A stretch of DNA of 64,000 nucleotides from Amphiscolops sp. MND2022 (GCA_964187785.1 OZ076409.1:39308001-39372000); one strand, 5' to 3'. Shown: positions 13,301-25,359, counted from the first letter of the stretch. A program made the numbers and translations. Notes: generated from the sequence alone by a model not told the origin.

Positions 13301-14376
13301 CTTTTACAGGAAACGAATTTAGATCTGCGTGTAAGAAACTAAACATAAAACTAATATATGGTACGCCATATATACATACAGCGACAGGCTTAGTTGAAAG
13401 AGGCATAAAAACGCTGAAAGATTCAATGATAAAAAATCTGGAAGATAAATGTACAGTGAGCGAAGCATTAAGCCGATCATTAAACGTGATGCGCACAACC
13501 ATCCATTCAAGCATAAAACAAACGCCGTTCGAAAGACACTACGGAAGAAAGCCACGAACGGAGGTAACAAGGTATTTAAACATACCAACGGATATAAATT
13601 AAATTGTTTCAGCACGACAGGAGACTCTACAGGTGTACTCTTTGAACAACGGAGATGGCGAGTAGGACCAACTCATAATGAAAGCGCCACGCAAGCTGAA
13701 ATGTGAAGTTAGTAACAAATTTCCATACCAATTTCTAGAAAAGAAAACACAAAACAAAAACAAATTTGAAAGCAACTACGAAACAAAACCCCAAACAGCT
13801 ATAACGGGAACAAAACACACAAAAACCACGGATACGAATAAAATCATACACCGAAAATTAATTAGTACCCCATTACCAAATTCAATTCAGAACCCCTTGT
13901 CAAGACGAGGAGAAAACAGGAGTGGACCAGACGGAAAATTTGCTCAGAAATCATCACCACAAGCAGAAGAAGAAGACACCGAAGAAGAACCAGAAGAAAT
14001 AGAAGAACAAGACCCAAGCACTCCAAACACATCAATCGAAACATTAGATGACACTTTCGACTTTGCGGCACCAATACAAGTGGTGAGAGGCAGAAAAAAG
14101 CAACCACAGAGCACAAAAACCAACACCACAGGAAAAGACAATCTCAAAATGCACGTTGAGAACATGAACGAAGAACAACAACAACAAGCAATGGAAACAA
14201 TAGCCGAAAACCCCAGAAATGTAACCATCATCGACAACAATGATAATGATGATAACTATAATATAAAAACGGAAAAAATAGAACCAGAAAACAATAACAA
14301 TGTACAAGACCGAAGATCAACACGTATTAAAACCACAAATCCTATAATTAGATTAGGAAACCCAATAACACATTGA
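10070..14376 (+). pseudogene. pol: pol remnants (protease, RT, RNase H, partial integrase, C-terminal tail)
   Basis: FIIDSGS protease; LDFDYAYGQL...GFYGLANIP..FQ..WLDN RT; TTDAS..GLGA..ELELLAVVWG..TDH RNase H; GTPYIHTATGLVERGIKTLK integrase. Split over at least six frames with stops. Confidence 0.92.
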
Positions 14377-14673
14377 TATTTACAGGAAATACAGTAGAGA
14401 AGATAATCAATCGGCAAACGGAGAACCAGTGGGAGTGAACACAGGCAACGGCAGAGAGAAGGAGAGAAGGAGAGAAGAAGCGGAACGGAGTAGAGAAGCA
14501 TCATAAAACATTCACCGGTGGTGAAAAGAAAAACAATAAAAAACACCAGTACCCGATGCTATTTATGTTTATTTCGTTTACATGCAACTCAACACGTACT
14601 TAAATTAATGTACCAAACTTATTTACATGAAGCTTTGTTATGTTACTTATTTGTTACCCAAGAGGGGGGGGAA

Positions 14674-14861
14674 TGTAGAGTGAGCTTAGAGGTCAGACTT
14701 TACATAATGATATTATGTAATTATATTAAAAGTACCTGCTAAAATACTGCTAGCCACATTGAGATATCATTTAGTATCTATACAATTAAAGCTAGAATTC
14801 AGTATTGACCTCTTATACTATTTTGTTACCTTCGAAGTTACAACACTTCGAAGGTACAACA
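14674..14861 (+). repeat. 3' LTR (188 bp, TGT...ACA)
   Basis: Follows the PPT and ends ...GGTACAACA before the TSD. Confidence 0.9.
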
Positions 14862-16478
14862 TCTTGGAAAAATCCTAGCTAAGATCTTGCCAAGATTTTG
14901 GCAAGAATTGCAATATGTCACGGTAAGATCTTATCAAGAGAGCCATGTTTCCAAGAAAACTTTTATGGTAAAATCCTATTTGGAAAGAAAAAAATCTGAA
15001 AGGAAGTCAACAAAAATCAACTTTTCTGCAAATTTATATTGTTAGACATTAAAACTTCTGTTAGCAATGTATAAAATTTAGTTGAAGAGATATTTATTTA
15101 GGAAGGCTGGTTAAATTGTTCTTTCAATTGCAAAGCTGCCGCCAACAACGGCGTCAGAAAAGCCTTGAGTTGAATCATTGCCCAATTTAGAGCAATGACC
15201 GACGTTTCTAGCAGTAATAAGGCTGTTGAAACAAGCTCAAAGAAAGCTGGAAATAAGATTTTTACAAAAATTTCCGGATTTTAAGGTCTTTCCTTTGTAA
15301 CTCCGATAGTGGGTCTGGACGTTTGAGAGCATATTTCTCCGTCTCTGGAATCGACAGGTGTGATAAATTACAAGTTTTGGAAAGCCCTTTAAATGACATT
15401 TCATTTGGTACATTCGCATTTCTCAGTCTTAAACAGGTGAGGACTTATTAGGATTCTCGTCAAAATTTCGGAAGCCAGACTACGTTATCGTAATTTTTCA
15501 CGCATTTTTGCATGCAAAATTTTTTCAGCTGGTTTAAGCATTTTGATTATGTAGTAGCAAATTTAGTAGAAATAGTCGTTTTGGGTGAAATGAGCCTTTA
15601 GATTGAGTCTCGGCTGCTTGTATCGAAGGTATAGTATTTTTTATAATCTTAAAATTTTGTCCATCGTGATAAGATACGATCTTGGAATAAGTATTATCTT
15701 AGTAAGATCTTAATAAGAATCTTGCCATGGGATCCATGGCTGCCAAGATGTAGTAAGAATTTGGCAAGAACTTGCCAAGACAGCCAAGATGCTAGTAAGA
15801 GGGTCAACCCGGGGAGACAGAACTTAGTTAATTATACGTCAGGGCTACGAGATGCTGGCGCTTTGATTTTAGACGAAAATTATGCGGATACAACCTTGAC
15901 ACCTAATATTTTGGCTGCAATTTTACAAAAAAAGGGACCGTTTCGGATTTTTCAACATCCACTCTGTCGCAAAATATCAAAAAATGAAGCGGGGAAACCC
16001 TTTGGAGAAAAAAATTTAAAAAAAAATCTTACAATGTCGAAAAAAGTGAAAGGGGACCATTTAGTCTTGCCCGGAATTGTATGTTACGCGGAAAAAAAAA
16101 GAAGAAACGACCTTTTTTGGTTCAGTTCCTTAGGCCAAATGCTTCACTTTGAGACCATAAATTTTTTGAGACTCCCTATAACTTTCAAGAACTATTTTGG
16201 TCAATTCGTGTGGAATGAAAAAAAGAGTGACTATAATAGTCGCGTTTCACTTCATGAAGCGCCGACTGAAAAACGAAAACCTGATTGATATTATTATTGT
16301 TTTGAACACGCTATTTTTGACTCATATTTTATTAGAACAAATTATTACCAGTAGAAATGTCTTTCAGAAAGTTTTATTGAAAATTAATATCGTTTGCATC
16401 CGTGTTTGTGAGGAACATCTATGGCAAACAATGCGAAAGTTCGCTTATATCACTTCTCGTGAATTACGATAACAGTAG

Positions 16479-16684
16479 ATGATGCTGAAAAACTGCGAAG
16501 CAACATTCGAAGTTCCTAAGCTAATCAGATGAAAACTCGAATTTTTGGAAAATCAATAAAACTTGAAAAATCTTTTCAGGAATTTAAAAAAAAACCTATA
16601 TTTTACTGACTTTTCAAAGATTTCGAGCTTTCATCTAATTAGCTTAGGAACTTCGAATGTCGCTTCGCAGTTTTTCAGCATCAT
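16479..16684. repeat. Fold-back (MITE-like) inverted repeat
   Basis: ATGATGCTGAAAAACTGCGAAGCAACATTCGAAGTTCCTAAGCTAAT... pairs with ...ATTAGCTTAGGAACTTCGAATGTCGCTTCGCAGTTTTTCAGCATCAT; arms ~80 bp, AT-rich spacer. Confidence 0.8.
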
Positions 16685-16685
16685 T

Positions 16686-17493
16686 ATGGCTTCTTCTTTG
16701 AGCAATCCAAGAACCTAATTTGTAATAAAAATTACAAATTAGTGTAACGACAAGCGCTGAGCGTTTGTGACGTGACGATAGAGTGGAGGAACTGGTACAA
16801 TGGATATGGTCCGGGACAAACCACATTGACACCAGCTCATCTTAGCCTCGTAAGGGATGCCGGTCCCGAGGAGGGGAACCGTCCTAATGGACGCTCTCTG
16901 GCCTGATACCAGTCTCTAATTGCTAGGAATCACGGGCATTGCGCTGGAATTCGCAACCACCGCGTAGATAGCTTGTAGAATGGTATGCCCGTAGATAACT
17001 GAATTTCTCCAGTGGGAATCTAGTAAATGTAAACACGAACATGAAAATAGTCATCGAGCATATTATAATCTAAATACAAAAAGCACACAAATTATGATAC
17101 CAGAGTCCAGTTCGGCGAACGCTGTGGATACTGGGGCGGCATATCACCAGCGCTCGAGCTGGGTACAACCCCTGGTCACGGGTACACTCTTTACGTTATC
17201 ATCGAAGTTCTGGGTTCAGCACCGTAAAATGTAGAATTCTGCGGGCAAACAGTGTGAATTTGGCACGTTTCAGCTTGTTTTACGGTCAATACTCTCTGTT
17301 GTCTCTCTTTCTCTCTCTCTATCTCTCTCGCAGCTTCTTTGACCGTCTTTCAACACTTTCGCTGCAAGTACTTCGCCAAAATCATGTTTGGGTGGCACGT
17401 CAGATTTGAACGAATTTTTCAAAAAGAGTCAAAATTTTGTTCATAACAGGATGCTGTTACATACGTTCTTGGATTGCTCAAAAAAGAAGCCAT
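16686..17493. mobile_element. Probable non-autonomous TIR element
   Basis: ATGGCTTCTTCTTTGAGCAATCCAAGAAC at 16686 is the reverse complement (1 mismatch) of GTTCTTGGATTGCTCAAAAAAGAAGCCAT ending at 17493. The interior is GC-richer than its flanks and has a (TC)n tract at ~17300-17330. Confidence 0.6.
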
Positions 17494-17823
17494 GCTGAAC
17501 ACATGTAAAACTGCAAGCATTTATCACCTGCACTTGGGACAAAACATTGTCCATTGCGCCGTAGTAATTTGACAGTTATCTCCCAAAATCATCAGCTCAA
17601 TCCTTAGGTTGACTTGGGCAAGAATTCGATTGATTTCTAGTTTTTTAATTGGAAAAAAATTCTTCCATTGGGTTGATCATTGACGACCATGATGGAATTT
17701 TTGGCTATTATGACAATCTGGCAGGTATATAAAATTCATATTATGGCATACGACGTTATCAAAATGAGAAGCTCTTCTTTATTTTCAAATGTTTTCATCG
17801 CAACTTGCAAAATTAGACCGTTT

Positions 17824-18012
17824 ATCGATTTTAGATACTTTCCCTCGGTTGGGCGTGGTCAACTTGATTTTGTTAACAGGATCTGAAGTAACGATACAAG
17901 TCTCTTAGATGCAGGGTCACCCTGCATCTAAAAGACTTGTATCGTTACTTCAGATCCTATCAACAAAATCAGGTTGACCACGCCCAACCGAGGGAAAATA
18001 TATAAAATCGAT
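17824..18012. repeat. Near-perfect ~190-bp palindrome with no spacer
   Basis: Arms pair from ATCGAT(17824) to ATCGAT(18012) with centre GCAGGG-TCA-CCCTGC at 17911-17925 and only a few mismatches. Confidence 0.9.
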
Positions 18013-20266
18013 CAGTGTAAAATTTTGACACCTTTGTCCATGCGTCAGGAAGGTGACGTAATCACTTTTTAGAACGTCCTTGTTTATTTTTGTGTAAATA
18101 AATATTCGCCCTCGCAGTGGTTTGTTTCAAAATTGAAAATTGATGCCATAGGAAAAGACGTCTTTCTCGTCTCACAAGGGCGTCGTAAATACACTTTTTT
18201 CCTTTTTGTTCTGAGGTGACGTTTGCCTTTTAGAGACGTATTGATTTGCAAAATTTACCATGCGCAAAATAATCTTACTGTTGTTTTGAATGTCTATTTT
18301 GGGATTTTAATTGTTTATTTGGTCTAGTTAGCGTAATCAAGATACTGACTTTAAAAACAGATTCACATTTGTTTTGAAAAATTTCAGCGTTCTACACTGT
18401 TATTCCTGGTTTGGTTATTAATTTTCATTAATTTCAGTTTTTTTCTGTGCTTCGGAAAAATTGTAATTGACTTTCCATCTTGCAACTCATCATTGTCTTC
18501 AAATTGCACTATCAAACTTTGAGGCCTTCAAAGTGTGCACGACCATGTCCACATCAGAGCATACAGTACACCGATTTTCATTGGACAAATTCAAATTTGA
18601 AAAATCTTTGAGGAGCTACGATTAATTTTCTTCTGATCTGTGCATGAAAATTGGAGTTAAATTCTCAGAACCAGGCAATATTGAAAATATAAGGCTCGAA
18701 GATGATGTTTAATATTTTATTGTTTTCGTAAGTTATCTGCGTATGCGCAATAAGGTATCTTGTAAAACACTGTTTTTGGAAAACGCTTGAAAATGATACC
18801 TGAGAAAAAATTCATCGATAGTCTATATGTTATCTCTCGAATGGCAACACTATGATAGTTAAATTGGCATACAAACCTATAGTTTGGTATACGGCTGATA
18901 CAATTACACTGGCGAAGAAAATAAAAGGCGTGAAGACGTAATTGAGTCGATCTACCCAGTCGCCAAAGTGAGAATTGTAAGAAGTAGTGAGAAAAGCGGG
19001 GATCATGACTCCTATTTGGTTATCTGCTGACCTAATTCACTGAAGCATATCTGCTGCGATTATGAAAAAGATGAAATATGAATTATTCTGTCGGGAATAA
19101 GCAGATCTATTACTGGAGCTTTCTGACAACTTTTTGGTATATGTGGTATATGGGTGTTTTTATACGAAAAGTTAGTACAGAGCCAGATAGAAAAGTAGAG
19201 CGAATGTGAAGCAGAATGTAAACATGATGAGCGAGACCCACCAGCACTGATCAGACATCGTTGTTACTGATTGGTTTTAGTTATATTCAGTCATAAATAA
19301 AGTTTGAAGTTCAGTTATAACTGACTATGATTATCCCAACAGGAAAACATCAGGAATATAACCATACCAACTAGTTAAGCCCCCCATGGGAACGTGGATA
19401 TTTCGCAACCGTTCGCTGTATCTAAACAAAAGACAGATGGCGAAATGCAAAATTTTGGCTCGAGCCAAGGGAATATAGGAAGGATATGGGAAGTGAACGT
19501 TTTCATTAGGGAAGTTATTCAGCGGTTGTTTGCAAATGTTAGTGTGTATGTATTTTCTAACCTTGATCTCCAGAAGGCGTCTGCCGTAAATCCTAGGAAC
19601 TCCAACATAACCAATTCAAGCATTTACTCTTATGCAAAAGTCAAGAACATTTAAAGAACACTTCTGTTCATTTAAAATGCATCAAATGCGGCTACAACCC
19701 TAGTCAAAACTACAGGTATTTTTGCATGCAGCATTAAAACAGGTAGGCTATTTTTCATCAGAAGACGCAGACTATAGTAGTGGCTTTTCTAAGACCAGCG
19801 AGCAGACAAATTTCTATAACTAAAGTCTTTGTAACTTGCTGCAGTACAATTTTAGTAGGGCCACGTGACATATGGGATGAGTACAAGGCTGCAAAGCAAG
19901 GGTCCGTGGACTCGAATCCCAGGATGCACATTTTTTTCTGATTTTCACCAAAGTAAAGGAGACAAAATGGTCCCCATTTGGGTTTTTTGACACTGTGTGA
20001 CTTTTTATAATACAAATTTCGTCGAATTATACTACCTTCTGTTTTTGGAAACTTTTGGTGCAGAAAATACGTTTAGCGAGCCTGAAAGGTCTCTTTGGTG
20101 GTTTTTGGCACTATGCGATTTTGAAAAAACTCATTGGTTATTTTTTCAAAAATGGGTTTTATGCTGATGCTTCCATTTCAGAGAAAAAATTTTGAGTCTC
20201 AATGGTACAGCATAATAAGTTGACAATATTACAAAATTTGTCCTTTGAATATTTCAAACACCTTGC

Positions 20267-21363
20267 TCTTCTGGGGATGTCGAACAAGTCGCCAACCTGT
20301 TTTATGAAACATCAGAGGACCCTGCAAGGAAGGATCATGTTAATTTTCATTCCTGGAAGCATTTTCTTTTGCTTTGAAAAATATCCAAGCAGCCTGAAGA
20401 AATTTTTTAGTCAATACAGGCCATAAAACTTTCCTCAAAATAAACGACATTTTTGAAAGTCTGATTCTCCTCTTATCTTTGTAGAAACGTTCTCTTTCAC
20501 TGAAAATCTCCAAAAAAAACTATAACGCCTAAAACGTTCGATATAGCTGAAAAATGACAAGAATGAAAAAATTTCAATAAGGAAGAAGACGAAACAACAC
20601 GCCCGCTGACAAGCAGGATAGTATCCGTCCAAGCTGTTCTAGCGATGACATATTTTGGAAGCTCAAAAGTATATGCTATACGTGTTCGGCATCTTTTCCC
20701 TAGTTCACTCATGTGTTTTCAGATCGTTTTCTCTAAAACTATAGTGGGGTACAGATGAATACATATTAGTTCAACACCAATTACAATATCTGTAACACTG
20801 GCAAAGTTCAGGGCGCAAGCCTTCAGTAAAATCACGCAGAAAGCAACGTCTTTATTCGATACTGGCAAAAAAAAATCAAACATGTGAGAAATAAATAAAA
20901 AGTAAGAAACTCCTGTAACTATCGAGCTTGGAAAAGTTATTTTTAGGCATTTCCTTGACTTTTACTGTTGTTGTTCATGTTTTTTGCACCCTCTTTTGTT
21001 TTTCGTATGAATCATCTGTCGAAGAAGTGCGCGTCGTTGTCATCGTGCATGCCATCAAACCTGTTGTCAAAATAAGCGAAATATCATTGCTTGAATATCA
21101 TCTGACACAATGGCGCTCTGGCAGATTGTTTTTTGGCTTCAAGCGTATTTTCCCTATTCTCTCCAGAATTTACAAAACCGAAAAATACAAATTTTTTGAC
21201 GCGCCTCATGACAAAAGCGTTAAAACGACCCATTTGCCAAATCCTTCATTATGTATGAATTTTAATCGCATCTCGACCTAAACGTTTCCCCGCTCCTAAG
21301 TTAGCACTCGAATTTCCATTTTCCAAACATTGAACAAATCTACCTGGAATTGCAATCTGTATG
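20267..21363. repeat. Tandem segmental duplication, copy A (left part; continues at 37328-38467 and 54305-55467)
   Basis: Colinear with 55468-~56554. After removing G1, G2 and a ~390-bp internal duplication (37370-37765), copy A reconstructs copy B (55468-58455). Confidence 0.9.
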
Positions 21364-22827
21364 TGTGATAATCCTCTTCCTCAGAGTCCTCATTTGAGAT
21401 CATTGTTTCGTCTAGGTCTATCTCCTTACGGTACAAAGGTTTTGCAGGATGTTTCAAATCCTTAGAACCTGAGGCTTTAAGAGGATAATCCTCGTTTTCT
21501 GAGTCAGTATTTTCGAAGTTAGATGCGTGTACTCCTATAGACTTAGATCCCGATGGTTGTGAATTTTGGGCTTCAGCTGCTTCTGACCTGGGATTCGTTG
21601 TTGTAGACATGATTTTATTGGATCTAATTTCCTTTAAGATGGACTCTAGTTTATTGTCCATTTCTTCCTTCATTTTGGTAATTCTGTCGTTGCTTTTTTG
21701 CTCTAAAATCTGCGTCCAAACTTGTATTTCGTTGCTAGTTTGACTGGGTTCAGCTAATTGATTTTCTGAGACGTTATCACCTAGATTTCCCTGTACATTC
21801 TCATTTAAATTAGTTAAAATTCATTACCTGTGTTGGGCGTTTCTAACTGGGTATTATTGGCTTCTCTCTCAGGGGAAGGTGTCTCTAATCTTCTAGAACG
21901 TCTGTTTCTCTTATTTCCCATCTTTACTTGATTGAAAACATCAGTTTACGAAGGAGAAAACAGTTGAATTTCTTCAGTGAATTGGTGAAAAAATCAAACG
22001 GTTGATGATCAAAATTGTAGATGAAAGGTTTACGGATTGAGCAAAAGAGGTACAATTAAGAAGCAACTGTACTCTGTGAAGGTAGAAAACAACTCTGACA
22101 AATTCTCTTATTGCACTCCTGGTTTCAAAAATGAAAGAATGACACTCTTTTTTATGAGAATCACGGTAGGAAAAGTACAAAAATAACATTACCTCAAAAG
22201 GACGTCATTCTATTTATATCCTGCACTCATCAGAACACGACGTTTAAAACGAACCTAATTGTCCTATTGGACCCTGGAAAGTAGTTAAAAAGCGACGTAA
22301 AAAGGTATTCCAAATGATATACAGCACCGTGTATGCATTGTCTATACAGTGTGATTAATCCTGCTGAAAATGTATAATACCGTGTGTGCATCACTTCGGA
22401 AAACGTATGAACCGTATGCAGGAAAACGTATAATAACGCATATGCGTTACTCTTAAAAACGTATAATGCCGCATATCAACATTGCGCAAATCAGTATTAT
22501 GCCGTACATGCGGCACTCTACAAACTACATAATGCCGTATTGCCAAATTGAATGGAAAAGATCATTACTGTATGAATGAAATAGCAAAAGCACTATAGCC
22601 CCGAAATTACGTCATATAAAGATGACTCAACTTAAGGTTCTGAATATTCATGACAAAAAGACTAATTTAACATTAACATCAAATCAAAGTGTCTTTGAAT
22701 GAGAAAATATTTAACATTTACATGAGTTCAAAAAATAAAACAAGTCTTCAAGTTTAGTTGAGTTTGGCTGCTTTTCTGTTTGTTCAGGGTTGCACTACGG
22801 CTCCATCGCAGCGCTGGGGCTCCGACA
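21364..22827 (-). repeat. G1 3' LTR (1464 bp)
   Basis: Direct repeat of 35863-37327 with roughly 30 substitutions and one 1-bp indel by eye. It contains a copy of the gag 5' coding segment. Confidence 0.95.
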
Positions 22828-23842
22828 GTCCCGCACTTTTAAAACAGAAGAGAGCTGCTTCGAAGCCGTCTATGAACGCCCTTGAACGTACCCGCCGATC
22901 TCTGACAGTCTCACCTTCGTAAGCAGTTGCCGCTAAGTATTCCCCCAGGGTTTCCAATGCTACTTGATCGTAGGACTTGTTACAGCGTTCACAATACCCT
23001 GCCACATTTGGCATGACCGTTGGGAACAGCCTAATGTTCATTCTCTCGTTCACTGGGATGAGTAGCAAGTTGGGACTATGGGCCACATGGAATGGAAATC
23101 CTATTTGCACTGCAGGGTGAGCTGGGACAGTGATTCTCTGAATCATACTTGGGGCTCCTCTTGGGGGTAGCTGGATCACTAGAGGGGTCATGTTGTTGAC
23201 TACTGTATTGTTCTGTTCTTCGTACAATGGCATAACGTGTATGTTTGTCCAATCTGCATTGTCAGTTGAGCTTCTAGGAATGTCCTGTTCAGCTGGTACA
23301 TTTGTAAGCCAAGGATGGAAACTTGACGTTTCAGCGTGAAAATTTGGTGGGTAAGTTGGTAAATGTCCGCTGCCGCCGTCTGGTTGATGCTTCGCGTTCC
23401 TTGGGGTGGGAAGGATAGCAGCTGACGGACGGCCATAACTGTTTATTCTTGGATTGGTATTCACAGTAGGTTCATCCGGAGAGCTTGTGGCTTCTTCAAA
23501 CTCACTGTCAATAAATGAGGAGTGAGAAATTGGGCTGGGCAACTGATTCTCTACTACTAATTCCATCAGTTCTTGTTCAATCCTTGTTCCTGCAGTGTCA
23601 ATTGTATCAGTTTGAGGTACTGAAACACTATTGGAAGGGAACAATAAGGCTGCAGTAGGGCCTATGAAGGCAGTCATTGCATCTTGCCCCATTGGATTAG
23701 CTCTAAATCTCTCTTCAATCTGTAGTATGTTCCCTGGTTCGACTAGGAAATCATTTTCCGAATCACTGGAAATATCCACTACATCAGGGGACAGTGGAGA
23801 GTATAGCGAATCTTCGTCGAAGTTGAATTGTAACTTGCTCAT
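22784..23842 (-). CDS. G1 ORF3: Ser/Pro-rich protein of unknown function with a C-terminal CxxC segment; ends inside the 3' LTR
   Basis: Uninterrupted 352 aa, GYCERCNKSYDQ motif, crosses the PPT/LTR junction as F-K-S-A-G-L-S. No signal peptide or TM segment seen. Confidence 0.7.
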   Translation of the reverse strand: MSKLQFNFDEDSLYSPLSPDVVDISSDSENDFLVEPGNILQIEERFRANPMGQDAMTAFIGPTAALLFPSNSVSVPQTDTIDTAGTRIEQELMELVVENQLPSPISHSSFIDSEFEEATSSPDEPTVNTNPRINSYGRPSAAILPTPRNAKHQPDGGSGHLPTYPPNFHAETSSFHPWLTNVPAEQDIPRSSTDNADWTNIHVMPLYEEQNNTVVNNMTPLVIQLPPRGAPSMIQRITVPAHPAVQIGFPFHVAHSPNLLLIPVNERMNIRLFPTVMPNVAGYCERCNKSYDQVALETLGEYLAATAYEGETVRDRRVRSRAFIDGFEAALFCFKSAGLSEPQRCDGAVVQP

Positions 23843-24740
23843 TTTGTTTGATGTTTGATGAGGCTAGAAAATAACTGACCCTTGTTTTGGAGAGGGTGAA
23901 ATAGTTTTAAATATTTATGAGGCAACTGAGTTTCAGATCTGTCAAGACCATGTGGTGATGGGTATTCAGCTTGCCTTCTTCTATGGTGGAAAGCCCGCGG
24001 GAAAAATGAGTGTCATGGTTTCCAAGCTCCTTGGCCTCCATATATGGTTTCCGAGACTCCCGCGGTGAAACCTTACTTCAAGCTTAAGGTGTAAACAACT
24101 TCCTTTTTAGGTGTTTCTTTCTCTTTCACCGAGCTTTACATCTTCCTCTGAGATTGTATTGCTTCGTTCAATCTTGGTTTTAATAGCACGTAAACAAATT
24201 CTCAACTACTTCCAAAATATAAGTTCTTACATGACTTCTGAATTTCAACACTTGCAGAAAAGACTAAAATTCACATTCATGTAATTTGCATGACTGGAAT
24301 GATTAGAAAATGGGTGAAGTTTTAGGTTAAAAATCATAGTTGAACAACTTTGGATGATTACTCACAATAAATTCATTCTCTGGTGATCATCTTTAGTCCC
24401 GCACTTGAAAAGTGCTTCAGAATTCTCTGTCAATCGACAATTGACTAGGCGTTAATCAACCAATATTCAGAAGATTGGTACCATAATTAAATATCATTCA
24501 CTTGTGAAAACAAGTGTAAAGAGTTTGTTGCAAATGTCACGTCAGTTCTAAACATGTAGTCTTTAATGTTTGAAAAGGTATATAGTTTTGTTTGTTTTGT
24601 TCTTTTGCTACACTGCTGTAAGACGCCGCAGCCTTCCAATTAGGTATACGCTATCTCAGCTTTATTCACATTAGCATCACACTGCAGCGCGTACTCTTTA
24701 TTTAGTGAATCTGTATAACGCCGCGCGCACGCTGTTAAGG

Positions 24741-24900
24741 TTTCTGTATGATGCCGTAGGCACGTCGTATGGGTTTCTGTATGATGCCGTAGGTACGTCA
24801 TATGGGTTTCTGTATGATGCCGCATATACATCATTGTTATTTCTGTATGATGCCGCATAGCTACCATCTCTTTTTCTGTATGATGCCGCAGGCACATCGC
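24741..24900. repeat. 33-bp tandem array, 5 units, invariant core TTTCTGTATGATGCCG
   Basis: Units start at 24741, 24774, 24807, 24840 and 24873; the 16-bp core is constant and the remaining 17 bp vary. Confidence 0.95.
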
Positions 24901-25359
24901 TTGTGAAAATGTAGTATTCCGCTTTAACTCTGACGTCATTTCAGTACAGTGTTGTGCACTGCTTGTCAATAAGAATATGCGGTACTGCACACGTCAATTT
25001 TGTAAACTAATTACGTAATCAGTCACTCTGGCAGCAGTGACCTATATTTAATTAGCCAATCAGATTTAAGCTCAAATCGCCTTGTTCACTGTATTTGTGA
25101 ACCATTTGCTTTTTGCCTCTTCTTTGAAACGCCACGCCAATAATTGTTACTCAGTACGCCAAATTTTTGATTTTCAGTACTAATTTAGAGTCTGTAGAAT
25201 TAGGTCAGTACAGTTGTTTTGTTCTTCAGTGTTTTTGTCTACATCTACTTCTGTTCCTGTCCACTCACTTGAATTTAACAGTTTATAAATCTCTTCTTTT
25301 CAACTTCCTTTTCAGTTCTCCGACAAATTACTGCAACATTTGACGTATTACCATTACGA

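Larger units (their letters stand above)
9177..14861 (+). mobile_element. Ty3/Gypsy LTR retrotransposon with short LTRs, degenerate
   Basis: 5-bp TSD TCTTG (9172-9176, 14862-14866). LTRs begin TGTAGAGTGAGC at 9177 and 14674. PPT AGAGGGGGGGGAA at 14661-14673. gag-pro-RT-RH-int order with many frameshifts and stops. Confidence 0.95.
9127..15813. mobile_element. Non-autonomous TIR element (CCCGGG termini, AAGATCTTG(G/C)CAAG subterminal repeats) hosting a Gypsy insertion
   Basis: Left CCCGGGTCGACACTC versus reverse complement of the right end CCCGGGTTGACCCTC. GA flanks both ends. AAGATCTT-type repeats cluster at 9150-9176, 14862-14940 and 15670-15800. Confidence 0.75.

Noticed and set aside
15722-16288. 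188-aa ORF
   Set aside because: It runs across the junctions of three different repeats and has no recognisable domain; most likely a chance ORF.
20928-21281. Recurrent ORF ...HLPNPSLCMNFNRIST (also 37290-37649, 56225-56479)
   Set aside because: Recurrence is explained by the local duplications; starts differ between copies and there is no domain similarity.
22784-23842. env gene (errantivirus-like) in the third-ORF position
   Set aside because: No signal peptide, furin site or transmembrane anchor visible in either ORF3.
24741-24900. CRISPR-like array (constant core plus variable part)
   Set aside because: Period is only 33 bp, the variable parts are related to each other, there are no cas genes, and the context is a eukaryotic retrotransposon.
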